Of a stretch of 64,000 bases of DNA, positions 29,008 through 38,631 are shown one piece after another. The DNA is from an uncultured Gammaproteobacteria bacterium (lineage in GTDB: Bacteria > Patescibacteriota > Microgenomatia > UBA12405). The position numbers and the translations under genes are program-made. Position 1 is the first letter of the stretch. Each line of letters opens with the position of its first letter. Location: NCBI GenBank assembly GCA_964503465.1, contig CAZCYZ010000002.1, forward strand, positions 70,995 through 134,994. The letters run 5' to 3'. A model generated the notes under the pieces. The model saw only the letters and a program-made list of their open reading frames with translations, did no database searches and had not been told where the DNA came from.

Positions 29008-30195
29008 TCAACTGTTGGGACGATGTTTTTTTAGGGCAATATATCCGTAGAGTGTAGAGCTGATGATTTCGATAGCCAGGATTATTAGTCCATCGATGAC
29101 TTGGTCACGGTTGGTATTGGCTATTCCTAGTTTGACGGTTTCAAAGGCGAATAAAACAGTTTTGATAACTATCGGAAAGTGATACAGGCTGTAACGAGCG
29201 ATGGCGATAGCTGTTCCGATAAGCATAAATACAGCGTAGGAACTAACGATGATTTTTTGTTGGGATGAGGTATGAGTTGGTGGTGTAGTGTGGGTAAATA
29301 AGTGTCGAAGATAATTTTTCGAATGAATAAAAAGATTGTCGACCCCGGTTAGTTCTCGAACGATGAAATAGATGTCGGTTCGCATGAAAAAAAGAAATTG
29401 CCAGGATATGCCCAACCATTCTATTAATAGTGCTTGTTTGATTAGAGGCGTGACTCCATTTATAATGATAATGCCGTTGAGTAGGCCAATAACTAGTAGG
29501 TCGCTGATGATGCCTGCGGCATAAATGAGAACTCGTTGCCATGACTTTACCTGGTGTAGGTTTTGGTATTCTGTTTGCAGAGTAAGAAACATCAGTCTAT
29601 TGGAGAGAGAAAGTTGGCTGGTTATTTTAAAATGTTTGGCTGTAAGGTAGTGGGCATATTCGTGACTTAGTCCCAGAATCCAGCTTAGTAAAAAGAATGT
29701 AGCTAGAGAATAACTTAGCCGTTGGTGCCAAAAAAAATCGTTGTAGTTCGGTTGAAAATTAGAACCAAACCAGGGTCCAACTAGGGCCAATAATCCTAAT
29801 CCAGCATAGATAACCAATAATGGTTTGGCAAAAAGCAGATTGATTGGGATAAATGATTGGGGTGATTGGTGATTAGGATTCTCTGGCCGAGTGAACACCT
29901 GACCGTCAATTTTTTCAATTAGTCCGTGTTTTAACAACTCTAAAATCATTATTTTGACCCGAAATATGGCTACTCTTGGAGGAAAATTGTGAGGGTAGGT
30001 TTGGGACATTTTTTGGGCAATTTGGCTGATGGTGGAAGGTTGTTTGAGAATTGTGGCTAATGTTTGCCAATAATCATTGGTAATTACGAATGAGTTGGTG
30101 GCGGTATTACCAAGATAAATTTCTTTTTTGTGGGCTGGAAAAGTAGCTAAAGAAAGAGCGGTAATGATGGAAGAATTCTTTAGAGTCAATGACAT
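29008..30195 (-). CDS. Polytopic membrane protein with an HExxH motif and an N-terminal soluble HTH-like domain. Putative membrane metalloprotease.
   Basis: SHEYAHYLTAKHF at the start of a TM helix. The first ~125 aa are soluble, with a TISQIAQKMS helix-turn-helix-like segment. Confidence 0.35.
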   Translation of the reverse strand: MSLTLKNSSIITALSLATFPAHKKEIYLGNTATNSFVITNDYWQTLATILKQPSTISQIAQKMSQTYPHNFPPRVAIFRVKIMILELLKHGLIEKIDGQVFTRPENPNHQSPQSFIPINLLFAKPLLVIYAGLGLLALVGPWFGSNFQPNYNDFFWHQRLSYSLATFFLLSWILGLSHEYAHYLTAKHFKITSQLSLSNRLMFLTLQTEYQNLHQVKSWQRVLIYAAGIISDLLVIGLLNGIIIINGVTPLIKQALLIEWLGISWQFLFFMRTDIYFIVRELTGVDNLFIHSKNYLRHLFTHTTPPTHTSSQQKIIVSSYAVFMLIGTAIAIARYSLYHFPIVIKTVLFAFETVKLGIANTNRDQVIDGLIILAIEIISSTLYGYIALKKHRPNS

Positions 30196-30200
30196 GAACA

Positions 30201-30401
30201 GTGTCTTATATTATCAACTTCTTGAATTATGCCAGAATTAATAATAAAGTGAGGATGATGTCTATTGATAACAATAAATCATCGACCGGCGCTACCAAGG
30301 TAACAACGATGGTCAAATGTCCAAAGTGTGGACATGAATATCAGGTTGAGGTAGAAGTGCCGGAGAAGACTGAAACACCAAAAATGACTTGGCAGACCTA
30401 G
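30201..30401 (+). CDS. Small Zn-ribbon-like ORF, 66 aa at most.
   Basis: CPKCGHEY CxxC motif. Divergent from the HExxH membrane protein. Confidence 0.25.
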   Translation: MSYIINFLNYARINNKVRMMSIDNNKSSTGATKVTTMVKCPKCGHEYQVEVEVPEKTETPKMTWQT

Positions 30402-30402
30402 T

Positions 30403-31599
30403 ATGTCAGGGGAAACTCTTGGTAGTGGGTTTCGACCTTTGGAGGAAGGTGAGTTGGGGTTTGAAATAGTTGAGGCGTTTCGGAGGAGAGATCCTAATGT
30501 AACTGGGATAGTTGTTGACACAGTGATGGCGGCGAAGTTTAGATTGGAAGCGGGGAAATTGGGTGTTCATGAGTATAGTTGGGCGTTGCTTCGAGTAACA
30601 GACACATTGGTTGGGGATTTTGAAGGGCTTCGAAGTTCAGGAACACAGCCACATCCATATCAACCAGCAGAAGTACGTGCCTTACAAGTGTATCGAGAAT
30701 TACGACCAGATGTGCGAAAAATTATCGGAGAAGTGGCGGGACAGATTCATAGTGATGATGATTTGAGGGGGTTGTTGGAAATGGTACAAAGGGCTATTAA
30801 GTGGGATAAGATTATGGGAATTATTTCTGATAGTGTGATGGAGCAGAATGGGAGAATTATTGACCATGCTTTGGCTATTTCTTTGTCGCCGGTGGAGGCT
30901 GCAGTGGAACTTCGTCGAATACGGGAAGAACAACAGCTGGCAGAGAGTCAAGTTTGGGGATCTGCAAGTCCTTACGCTTATGTTGATTGGCAGAATAATT
31001 TAGCGGTGATTGAGGCAAGTTTGGCAATAGCACTATCAATGACGTCTGATGTTGATGATGTGATTGAGGTTTGGGAGTCGGCTGGTGTTAGTTTGAGAAA
31101 TTCGATGGATAGCTTGAGTTGGCATACCAACAAAGGTTCGGCTGAGTTTAGACAACGATCAGTGACAGCGGTAGCCAATGAGGTTTTGATTGGGATCAGT
31201 CGGTTGCATCTGGGCTTGTGTTGGTTGTTGAATGATGCTGAGACATCTTTGTGTTTTGAGGGTACTGTTAAGGCATTGGAAGGTGCTGTCACGGGTTTGG
31301 GGGATGTTGATCAGCAAGAACTGCGTGAGTACATTGAACCAACTTTGGCAATTCGTTTGGCTCATGTCTTAGTTTTGACCAAGGGGCGATTTTTGAAATA
31401 TTGTTCGCCGGAGTTGTTTGATAGATTCCAAAAGGTGGCGGGTTTTTTTGGCGTTAGTGGCAATAGTCTTGCAGCTTTGACTGATGGAGTTATGAAGCGT
31501 GCTGAAAAGTTAACTGAAGAATCTACTTTTGATGATGGAGCGGAGTATAGGCGGTTGGTGCAGATAAGAGGGTATGTGTCTGGTCGAGTGTCGCTTTAA
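30403..31599 (+). CDS. Hypothetical all-alpha protein, 398 aa. GC-elevated.
   Basis: ORF with no recognisable motif. GC about 46% in a sampled 120-nt stretch, against about 39-41% for typical genes here. Confidence 0.4.
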   Translation: MSGETLGSGFRPLEEGELGFEIVEAFRRRDPNVTGIVVDTVMAAKFRLEAGKLGVHEYSWALLRVTDTLVGDFEGLRSSGTQPHPYQPAEVRALQVYRELRPDVRKIIGEVAGQIHSDDDLRGLLEMVQRAIKWDKIMGIISDSVMEQNGRIIDHALAISLSPVEAAVELRRIREEQQLAESQVWGSASPYAYVDWQNNLAVIEASLAIALSMTSDVDDVIEVWESAGVSLRNSMDSLSWHTNKGSAEFRQRSVTAVANEVLIGISRLHLGLCWLLNDAETSLCFEGTVKALEGAVTGLGDVDQQELREYIEPTLAIRLAHVLVLTKGRFLKYCSPELFDRFQKVAGFFGVSGNSLAALTDGVMKRAEKLTEESTFDDGAEYRRLVQIRGYVSGRVSL

Positions 31600-32195
31600 G
31601 AAATGAGGAGATAATCAATAGCACTTTTGGGGTCGACGTTGGATTCGATCATGTCAATGGCTTTAATTATTTTTTTGATAATCTTGGCGTTTTGGGGGTT
31701 TTGAGGAAGAGTTTGATGATAAGCAGTTAGCTGGTGACGAAGGAAAGGTAAAACTGATTCTTTGTCGGCAGTAATTTTTTCTGATTGAAGTAAATTTGTT
31801 TTGAGGTCGGGACTAATCTTAAGAAGCGGGATGGATGAAACTATGGTGGGAGAAATTGTTTTGACAATGGAACAACGGGAAATAATGGTTGGTAGAAGAG
31901 CGGTGGGTTTGTCAGTAGTTAGAACTATATAATTGTTTGGGCCAGGTTCTTCGAGGGTCTTAAGTAGGGCGTTTTGGGATTCGGTTCCGAGTTGGTCAGC
32001 CTGATAAATGACGACTAATTTGTTTTGATGGGAGTAGGGTTTTCGGGATAAAAAGTTGCTAATGTTTCTAACTTGGGCAATTGAATAGTCAGAATCAATA
32101 ACTAGTAAATCTGGCTGGCCGGTTTGAAGTTCTGTCAGAATTGGTTTGATGTCGGGATTGGAGGAAACAATGACGGTTGAAGGAAAAATGGCCAT
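31596..32195 (-). CDS. Short DNA polymerase III delta' (HolB)-like protein.
   Basis: QNALLKTLEEPGPNNYIVLTTDKPTALLPTIISRCSIV is the clamp-loader box VII / sensor 2 region. Only 199 aa. Confidence 0.65.
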   Translation of the reverse strand: MAIFPSTVIVSSNPDIKPILTELQTGQPDLLVIDSDYSIAQVRNISNFLSRKPYSHQNKLVVIYQADQLGTESQNALLKTLEEPGPNNYIVLTTDKPTALLPTIISRCSIVKTISPTIVSSIPLLKISPDLKTNLLQSEKITADKESVLPFLRHQLTAYHQTLPQNPQNAKIIKKIIKAIDMIESNVDPKSAIDYLLIS

Positions 32196-32300
32196 AGCGT
32201 AAGATGATTATATAAAACATCTTCGAACTTGCGTTCGAGTTGTTCTATGTTACGTTTTATGGAAAATTTTATTGATATCGTGTAATAGATTAGAATAATT

Positions 32301-34040
32301 ATGACCGATACTGCCCAAAAGATATATAAAAATATTCGTGAGGTTCTAGTAGACAAAGGTTTGATAGAACAAAATCAGGCCGATGAGGTGGGACTAAGGC
32401 AGGTAAAGACAGGTGAGCCGGAAGAGGAGATAATCAAGTCGTTAAGATTGGTGGACGAGATTGATTTTACTAAAGCTAAGGCGGAATTTATTCGAGTACC
32501 TTATGTTGATTTGGAAACGATCGGATTTTCTCCTGAGGCTTTGAGCTTGGTACCGCAAAGTGTGGCTCAAAAGTATAAGCTCGTCCCCTACCGGTTGGAT
32601 ACAAAGAATAATTGGCTTTATGTGACGATGGTTAATCCGTTGGATTTGGAAACAGCGGAGTTTTTGGAAAAGAAAACGAACCTGAAAGTCAAGACAGCCA
32701 TGTCGACGGAGAAACAAATTGAAAGTTTTATTCGAGAAAAGTATGAAAGGGAGCGAGGAATTACTTCAGAAGTAACTAAAGCCTTAGATGAAAGGAAGAA
32801 GGAGGAAGTGGTAGTGGCAGAGGCGAGGAAAGCGGTTTCGGCTGAGGCCCCGGTGGCCAAGATTGTATCGACAATTTTGGAATATGCAGTAAAATCCCGG
32901 GCTTCCGATGTCCACATAGAGGCGCAGGAGGAAAATATTAGGGTGAGATACCGGATTGATGGAATACTACAAGAGAAATATTTGTTACCCAGAAATGTAC
33001 ACGAGGCAGTGGTGTCGAGGATCAAAATATTGTCGAATTTAAAGATTGACGAAAAGCGAGTCCCTCAGGATGGCCGGTTCTTTTTTACCTTTGATGGGAA
33101 TGATGTTGACTTGCGGGTATCAACTTTACCGACTACTTATGGGGAGAAGGTGGTGATGAGGTTGCTAAAGAAATCACAAAAGGTGCCAACTTTGCCTGAG
33201 TTGGGTCTGCGAGGTTTGGCCTTGAAAAATTTGATGGAAGCGATCGAAAGACCCCATGGAATTATTATTGTTTGTGGACCTACAGGTTCGGGTAAAACGA
33301 CAACTTTGTATTCGGTTCTAAGTATTGTGGCGACATCAAAAGTTAATGTAGTAACAATTGAGGATCCGGTTGAATACCAAATGAAAGGAGTGAATCAGGT
33401 TCAAGTGAATGTACAAGCGGGTTTGACTTTTGCTTCGGCGTTGCGGTCATTCTTGCGTCAGGATCCAAATATTATGATGGTGGGAGAAATTCGGGATGTG
33501 GAGACAGCAGAGTTGGCGGTAAATGCGGCCCTGACTGGTCATTTAGTATTTTCAACTCTCCATACTAATGATGCTGCAGGGGTACCACCTAGATTATTGG
33601 ATATGGGGGTGGAGCCGTTTTTGTTGGTGTCGTCTCTTAACTGTGTGGTAGGACAGCGGGTTTTGCGGAAGGTGTGTCCTAATTGTGTTGGTGAAGCGGA
33701 AATATCACCTGAAGTAGAAAATGACCTAAAAACAACTTTGGGGTCGATATATGACATGATTGGCGAAAAATGGAAAAAGGATGGGAAGACTTTGAAATTG
33801 CCTAAAATTACGGGCTGTGAAAAATGTAATAACACTGGATACTTGGGACGAGTTGCCATTTATGAAGTGATGCCGATTTCGGAGAGGATCGGGAAGTTGG
33901 TGGTGGAAAAAGCGGCGGCTTCGGAAATTCAAAGGCAAGCAATGTCGGAGGGAATGTTAACAATGAAACAGGATGGCTATGTTAAGGTGCTTGAAGGAGT
34001 AACTACCATGGAGGAGGTCTTGAGGGTGGCGCAATACTAA
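32301..34040 (+). CDS. pilB: Type IV pilus assembly ATPase PilB/GspE.
   Basis: N-terminal GSPII_E_N domain. Walker A GPTGSGKTTTLYS. Tetracysteine motif CPNC...CEKC. Confidence 0.9.
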   Translation: MTDTAQKIYKNIREVLVDKGLIEQNQADEVGLRQVKTGEPEEEIIKSLRLVDEIDFTKAKAEFIRVPYVDLETIGFSPEALSLVPQSVAQKYKLVPYRLDTKNNWLYVTMVNPLDLETAEFLEKKTNLKVKTAMSTEKQIESFIREKYERERGITSEVTKALDERKKEEVVVAEARKAVSAEAPVAKIVSTILEYAVKSRASDVHIEAQEENIRVRYRIDGILQEKYLLPRNVHEAVVSRIKILSNLKIDEKRVPQDGRFFFTFDGNDVDLRVSTLPTTYGEKVVMRLLKKSQKVPTLPELGLRGLALKNLMEAIERPHGIIIVCGPTGSGKTTTLYSVLSIVATSKVNVVTIEDPVEYQMKGVNQVQVNVQAGLTFASALRSFLRQDPNIMMVGEIRDVETAELAVNAALTGHLVFSTLHTNDAAGVPPRLLDMGVEPFLLVSSLNCVVGQRVLRKVCPNCVGEAEISPEVENDLKTTLGSIYDMIGEKWKKDGKTLKLPKITGCEKCNNTGYLGRVAIYEVMPISERIGKLVVEKAAASEIQRQAMSEGMLTMKQDGYVKVLEGVTTMEEVLRVAQY

Positions 34041-34076
34041 ATTAATTTTTAATTTATAATTTTTTAGTTTTTAATT

Positions 34077-35138
34077 ATGGATCAGAAGATAACTGAGATT
34101 TTAGAGTTGGCAGTGGCCAATGGAGCCTCGGACGTTCATTTGTACGAAAATCAGGCCCCTAAGATTCGAATTCATGGAGAGTTGACGGCGATAAACGTGG
34201 GTGAATTTAATGATGGTGTGTCGCTCGAAACGTTAATGTCGATGCTACGACCCGAACAAGTGGAAAAGCTTAAGTCCGATCGGGAGTTGGATTTTTCACT
34301 GTCGATTGCTAGTGCTCGTTTTCGAGTGAATGCTTATTATCAGCGAGGAGGAGTAGCGGTGGCCCTGCGGGTGGTTAATGATGAAATTCCGACGATGGAT
34401 AGCCTGAAGTTACCAGAGATTCTTCATTCTTTTGCTAAGTTAAGACAGGGTTTTATTTTAATAACCGGTCCGACTGGCCATGGAAAATCGACTACGGTAG
34501 CGTCGATGCTTGATGAGATTAATGGGAGTGGCCAGTCGCATATTGTGACGGTGGAGGATCCAATCGAGTATTTGATTAAACCAAAAAAATCACTGATATC
34601 TCAGCGTGAATTAGGAAGCGATACTTTAAGTTTTGCTTCGGCCCTAAAATCCTGTTTGCGACAGGATCCAAACGTGGTATTTGTGGGGGAAATGAGGGAT
34701 TTGGAGACAATTTCGGCAGCGTTGACGGTGGCCGAAACGGGGCATTTGGTGTTCTCCACACTTCATACTAATTCAGCTTCCCAAACTATCAGTCGTATTA
34801 TTGATGCTTTTCCGGAAGGGTCGAAGGACCAAATACGGGTTCAGTTGGCCGAGGTAATAACAGCAGTAATTTCGCAACGATTGGTGCCAGCAATCAACGG
34901 AGGTCGGGTGCCAGCAATGGAAGTATTGATAGCCCTGCCGTCGGTGAAAAACATCATTCGGGATAACAAAGCTTTTATGATTGACAATGTGATCCAAACG
35001 GGAACAGATGTGGGGATGATGAGTCTGGAGATGTCCTTGTCGAAGTTGGTGCGGGAGGGGGTCATTAGTGAGGAGGTGGCGATGGCCTATTCGCTTAAAC
35101 CGGCAGAGTTACAGACATATTTAAGGAAAGCTGGATAA
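34077..35138 (+). CDS. pilT: Twitching-motility / pilus retraction ATPase PilT.
   Basis: ITGPTGHGKSTT Walker A. PilT-size protein of 353 aa. AIRNLIRE-like IIRDNKAFMI segment. Confidence 0.9.
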   Translation: MDQKITEILELAVANGASDVHLYENQAPKIRIHGELTAINVGEFNDGVSLETLMSMLRPEQVEKLKSDRELDFSLSIASARFRVNAYYQRGGVAVALRVVNDEIPTMDSLKLPEILHSFAKLRQGFILITGPTGHGKSTTVASMLDEINGSGQSHIVTVEDPIEYLIKPKKSLISQRELGSDTLSFASALKSCLRQDPNVVFVGEMRDLETISAALTVAETGHLVFSTLHTNSASQTISRIIDAFPEGSKDQIRVQLAEVITAVISQRLVPAINGGRVPAMEVLIALPSVKNIIRDNKAFMIDNVIQTGTDVGMMSLEMSLSKLVREGVISEEVAMAYSLKPAELQTYLRKAG

Positions 35139-36352
35139 TGCCAAAATATACTTTCAAGGCTAGGGATTGGAATGGAGTATTGGTTAGAGGAGAGCTTGAA
35201 CAATCAACTGAAGCAGAGGTGGTGGAGTCGATTAGGGGAAGTGGAATGGTACCAATCTCGGTAGATATGGTGACTAATAACATGTTTACCAGTTTATGGC
35301 GAGGGATTGTGGGTCGAGTGGGACTAAAGCAAATAGCGACTTTCACTCGACAGCTAGCAACAATGATGACGGCTGGGTTGGCACTGACTGATGCTTTGGC
35401 GCTGTTAAAACAGCAAGCAGCGAGTAACGCGGTCATGTTTGAAATGGTGGGACATGCGCAGGACATGGTTAAAGGGGGTCAACCACTGGCTAGAGCTTTG
35501 GAAAAATACGAGAAATACTTTGGGTCGGCTTACGTGGCTTCAATCAAGGCAGGTGAGGAGGGCGGAGTGTTGGAGGAAATTTTAAGGAAACTAGCTGATA
35601 ATTTGGAAAGTGAAAATGATTTTAGAGGTAAGGTTAAGGGAGCAATGATTTATCCAGTAATTGTGATAGTGGGAATGCTGGCGGTAGCGGTAATTATGAT
35701 GGTAGTGGTAATTCCCAAACTGACGAGCTTATATGCCGATTTTGGAACGGCTAAGTTGCCAACTATTACTCGAATATTAATGCAGATATCCGACTTGGCA
35801 GTTAAGACCTGGTTTTTGTTGCCGATAACAGGTTTTGGAATTTACTTTTTGTTGCAAGTGAGTGCCAAAAATCAAGGATTGAGGTTAAAAAAAGATCGAT
35901 TATTGCTTAGAGTACCGATTTTAGGGGAGCTAAGTCAAAAAACAATTTTAGCTAACACTAATCGAACGATGTCAATGTTGCTGTCGGCGGGAATTTCGTT
36001 GGTAGAGGCGCTACGGATTGTATCGGATGTGGCTGGGAATGAGGTTTACAGACAAGCATATCTAAGAATTGCCGAAAGAATCTCTAAGGGTTTTTCAATT
36101 GCCGGCTCGTTTGAAGAAACGGGAATTTTTCCAATGATTGTCAACCAAATGATTACTACCGGTGAAGCTACGGGGAAACTTGATGAGGTGTTGATTAGAG
36201 TATCATCTTATTTTTCGGCCGAGGCTGAACAATCAGTTAAAGCCCTAACTTCGGCAATTGAACCATTAATTATGATTGTGTTGGGGGTTGGGGTGGGGTT
36301 TTTGGTGGTGGCGGTGATTATGCCGATTTATAACTTGACATCGTCTTTTTAA
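35138..36352 (+). CDS. pilC: Type IV pilus platform protein PilC/GspF.
   Basis: Two T2SF repeats. 404 aa with 3 TM. Confidence 0.9.
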   Translation: MPKYTFKARDWNGVLVRGELEQSTEAEVVESIRGSGMVPISVDMVTNNMFTSLWRGIVGRVGLKQIATFTRQLATMMTAGLALTDALALLKQQAASNAVMFEMVGHAQDMVKGGQPLARALEKYEKYFGSAYVASIKAGEEGGVLEEILRKLADNLESENDFRGKVKGAMIYPVIVIVGMLAVAVIMMVVVIPKLTSLYADFGTAKLPTITRILMQISDLAVKTWFLLPITGFGIYFLLQVSAKNQGLRLKKDRLLLRVPILGELSQKTILANTNRTMSMLLSAGISLVEALRIVSDVAGNEVYRQAYLRIAERISKGFSIAGSFEETGIFPMIVNQMITTGEATGKLDEVLIRVSSYFSAEAEQSVKALTSAIEPLIMIVLGVGVGFLVVAVIMPIYNLTSSF

Positions 36353-36404
36353 GAGTATTTAATGATAAGTAACGATTAAATTTTATAAATTTTAGGAAAA
36401 TAAA

Positions 36405-37112
36405 ATGAAGCAGAAGTATTTTTGGGAGAAAGGTTTTACTTTGGTGGAGTTGCTAATAGTAATTGCCTTGATTTCGATTTTGTCAGTGGCGGTTTTGGCG
36501 ACGATTAATCCAATTGAACAAGCCAATAAGGCCAAAGATTCGACAGTTCAAAACGATGCGGCCGAAGTAATGAATAGTTATGAAAGGTATTATGCTAATT
36601 CTCAATCGTATCCGTGGATGATGCATGGTGATACGTTGGGGGTAGATGACTCGTTGATTTTACGGTCGGATGCGGTTGGTTTTGGAATTTGTGGCTTGGC
36701 GGCAGGTGCAACTGGAGCAACAGCAGATGTGGAGGGTGTTTGTGCTACTGCCACAGAAACTGATGGGACTCCGGGTTTGTTGGTGACGTCGGACGAGTTG
36801 AAGCCGTCTTTTGCGGGAAAAGCGGAGTTCCAGACTGTGGTTACTAATGATGAAAACTCTTTGTGGTTGTATAAGGCCGCTGGGAGTGGTGGTTCGGTTT
36901 ATGTCTGTTACATACCAAAAGCGAAGTCGAATCGTCAACAGACGAGTAAGCTTTATTGTTTGTATGAGAATGCTGGGACTTATAACCGGTGTGCCATTGG
37001 AGAAGATTGTGGTAGCGGTACCAATTGCGCTGCTTTGGATACATCTGATGCGGCTTGGGCTGTGCCGGAGTTGGGTGGGTTGAATGCTACTTATATGTGT
37101 GTACCGGAATAG
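36405..37112 (+). CDS. Type IV pilin, probably the major pilin.
   Basis: Class III signal KGFTLVELLIVIALISI (G-1, E+5). First pilin after pilC. Strong terminator follows. 8 Cys in the C-terminal domain. Confidence 0.8.
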   Translation: MKQKYFWEKGFTLVELLIVIALISILSVAVLATINPIEQANKAKDSTVQNDAAEVMNSYERYYANSQSYPWMMHGDTLGVDDSLILRSDAVGFGICGLAAGATGATADVEGVCATATETDGTPGLLVTSDELKPSFAGKAEFQTVVTNDENSLWLYKAAGSGGSVYVCYIPKAKSNRQQTSKLYCLYENAGTYNRCAIGEDCGSGTNCAALDTSDAAWAVPELGGLNATYMCVPE

Positions 37113-37138
37113 TTGTATAGAGTGCTGATTAAATTGGA

Positions 37139-37161
37139 CCCCCGCGATGGCGGGGGTTTTT
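37139..37161 (+). terminator. Intrinsic terminator: cccccgc-gatg-gcggggg then TTTTT.
   Basis: Seen directly after the major pilin stop. Confidence 0.65.
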
Positions 37162-37180
37162 GGTAGAAACCCACCCCTGT

Positions 37181-37204
37181 CCCCTCCCTTGAGGAAGGGA
37201 GGGG
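37181..37204. repeat. Perfect 10-bp-stem palindrome CCCCTCCCTT-gagg-AAGGGAGGGG, a member of the CTCCCTTG element family.
   Basis: Seen in sequence. Confidence 0.5.
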
Positions 37205-37222
37205 AAAAGATACAATATTACA

Positions 37223-37969
37223 ATGGGTGTATTTTTTAAGATAATTTATTTTGTTTTGGGGTTGTGCGTTGGCAGTTTTATTAATATGGCGGTATACCGA
37301 ACAGCGGGGAGGTATGGATTAATTAAGGAGGGCGACCACGAGGGTCGCCCGTACAACAGGGATAGATCATTTTGTGATTTTTGCGGGAAACAGTTGCCAT
37401 GGTTTGAAAATATCCCGGTGGTAAGTTGGGTGATACAAGGGGGGAAAAGTAGGTGTTGCCGGACTCCCCTACCCTGGAGTTATCCGGTGGTTGAGTTGCT
37501 GATGGGAATTATATTTTTGGTAATCGGATTTAATGTTGTCGGTTGGCTAATAATGTCATTACTGATATTTAGTGGGGTGTTTGATGCCAAATATATGATA
37601 TTGCCTGATTTTTCGACCTATATATTGATAATTGTGGCACTGATAGTGGGCCACAATTGGTTGGTGGCAATTGGTGCCGCGGGGTTGTTGTTGATGCTTC
37701 ATGTTGTAACCAAGGGGAAAGGTATGGGCATGGGTGATGTAAAACTGGCGATCTTTATGGGATTATTTTTGGGTTGGCCGGGGATAGTGGTGGCAATGTA
37801 TACGGCTTTTATAAGTGGGGCAATGGTTGGTTTGGGGTTATTGATGATTGGAAGAAAGGGCAGAAAATCGGAGATTCCGTTTGGGCCATTTTTAATACTC
37901 GGAACGGTGATAGCGTGGTATTATGGAAATAGGATATGGGAAATAGTCCAAAGTTGGGTGTTACTCTAG
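37223..37969 (+). CDS. pilD: Prepilin peptidase PilD (A24 family).
   Basis: N-terminal CDFCGKQL zinc motif. Catalytic GMGDVKL region. Confidence 0.85.
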   Translation: MGVFFKIIYFVLGLCVGSFINMAVYRTAGRYGLIKEGDHEGRPYNRDRSFCDFCGKQLPWFENIPVVSWVIQGGKSRCCRTPLPWSYPVVELLMGIIFLVIGFNVVGWLIMSLLIFSGVFDAKYMILPDFSTYILIIVALIVGHNWLVAIGAAGLLLMLHVVTKGKGMGMGDVKLAIFMGLFLGWPGIVVAMYTAFISGAMVGLGLLMIGRKGRKSEIPFGPFLILGTVIAWYYGNRIWEIVQSWVLL

Positions 37970-38625
37970 TAGAAGTTTTGTTGGTGATAGCAATTTTGCT
38001 GATTTTGGCAGTGATTATGGTGGGGACGATCGATCCGATTGAGTTGGTGGGACGAAGCGTGGATGCCAGAAAGAAGAAGGATATTGGTAGAATTAGAGTA
38101 GCATTTGAGGAGTATCAAAGTGATAAGGGGTGTTACCCAACCCAAACTATTATTGATGAATTGAGTGAACAGAGCAATTGCGGGTCGAGTGTGTTTGAGC
38201 CGTGGCTTAATGATTGGCCGTGTGGTTCCAATAATGAGCCATACATAATTTTAATCGACCCCGTGAATTTGGATTGTCCTGGATGGTTTAGAGTGTTGGT
38301 AAACCTGGAGAATCAAAATGATCCGATGATTCCTGATGGTTGGTATCAACGGGGTAGCACTTATCATGTTGGGCCGTATGGAATTAATGATGTGAACTAT
38401 GGGACTTCGAGTACCAATATTAACTGGGATGATTTCTATCTTGATCCGAGCTGTCGTTGGTACGCTGATCGTCATAACTTTGACGATTGTTACACTCGTT
38501 CGGTAGGTGGAGGATGTGCGGGAGCAACTAATAATGCTTGTAGTGGAGATAATTGTTATGCCCGAAGTGACTGCCATTTAACTGAAATCTGCAAGGTTAG
38601 TTGTTGTGGTTCGGCCTGTAATTAG
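37936..38625 (+). CDS. Pilin-like protein with an extremely Cys-rich C-terminal domain (about 18 Cys).
   Basis: Prepilin signal G-VTLVEVLLVIAIL. C-terminus ...DCYTRSVGGGCAGATNNACSGDNCYARSDCHLTEICKVSCCGSACN. Confidence 0.6.
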   Translation: MGNSPKLGVTLVEVLLVIAILLILAVIMVGTIDPIELVGRSVDARKKKDIGRIRVAFEEYQSDKGCYPTQTIIDELSEQSNCGSSVFEPWLNDWPCGSNNEPYIILIDPVNLDCPGWFRVLVNLENQNDPMIPDGWYQRGSTYHVGPYGINDVNYGTSSTNINWDDFYLDPSCRWYADRHNFDDCYTRSVGGGCAGATNNACSGDNCYARSDCHLTEICKVSCCGSACN

Positions 38626-38631
38626 ATTAGT

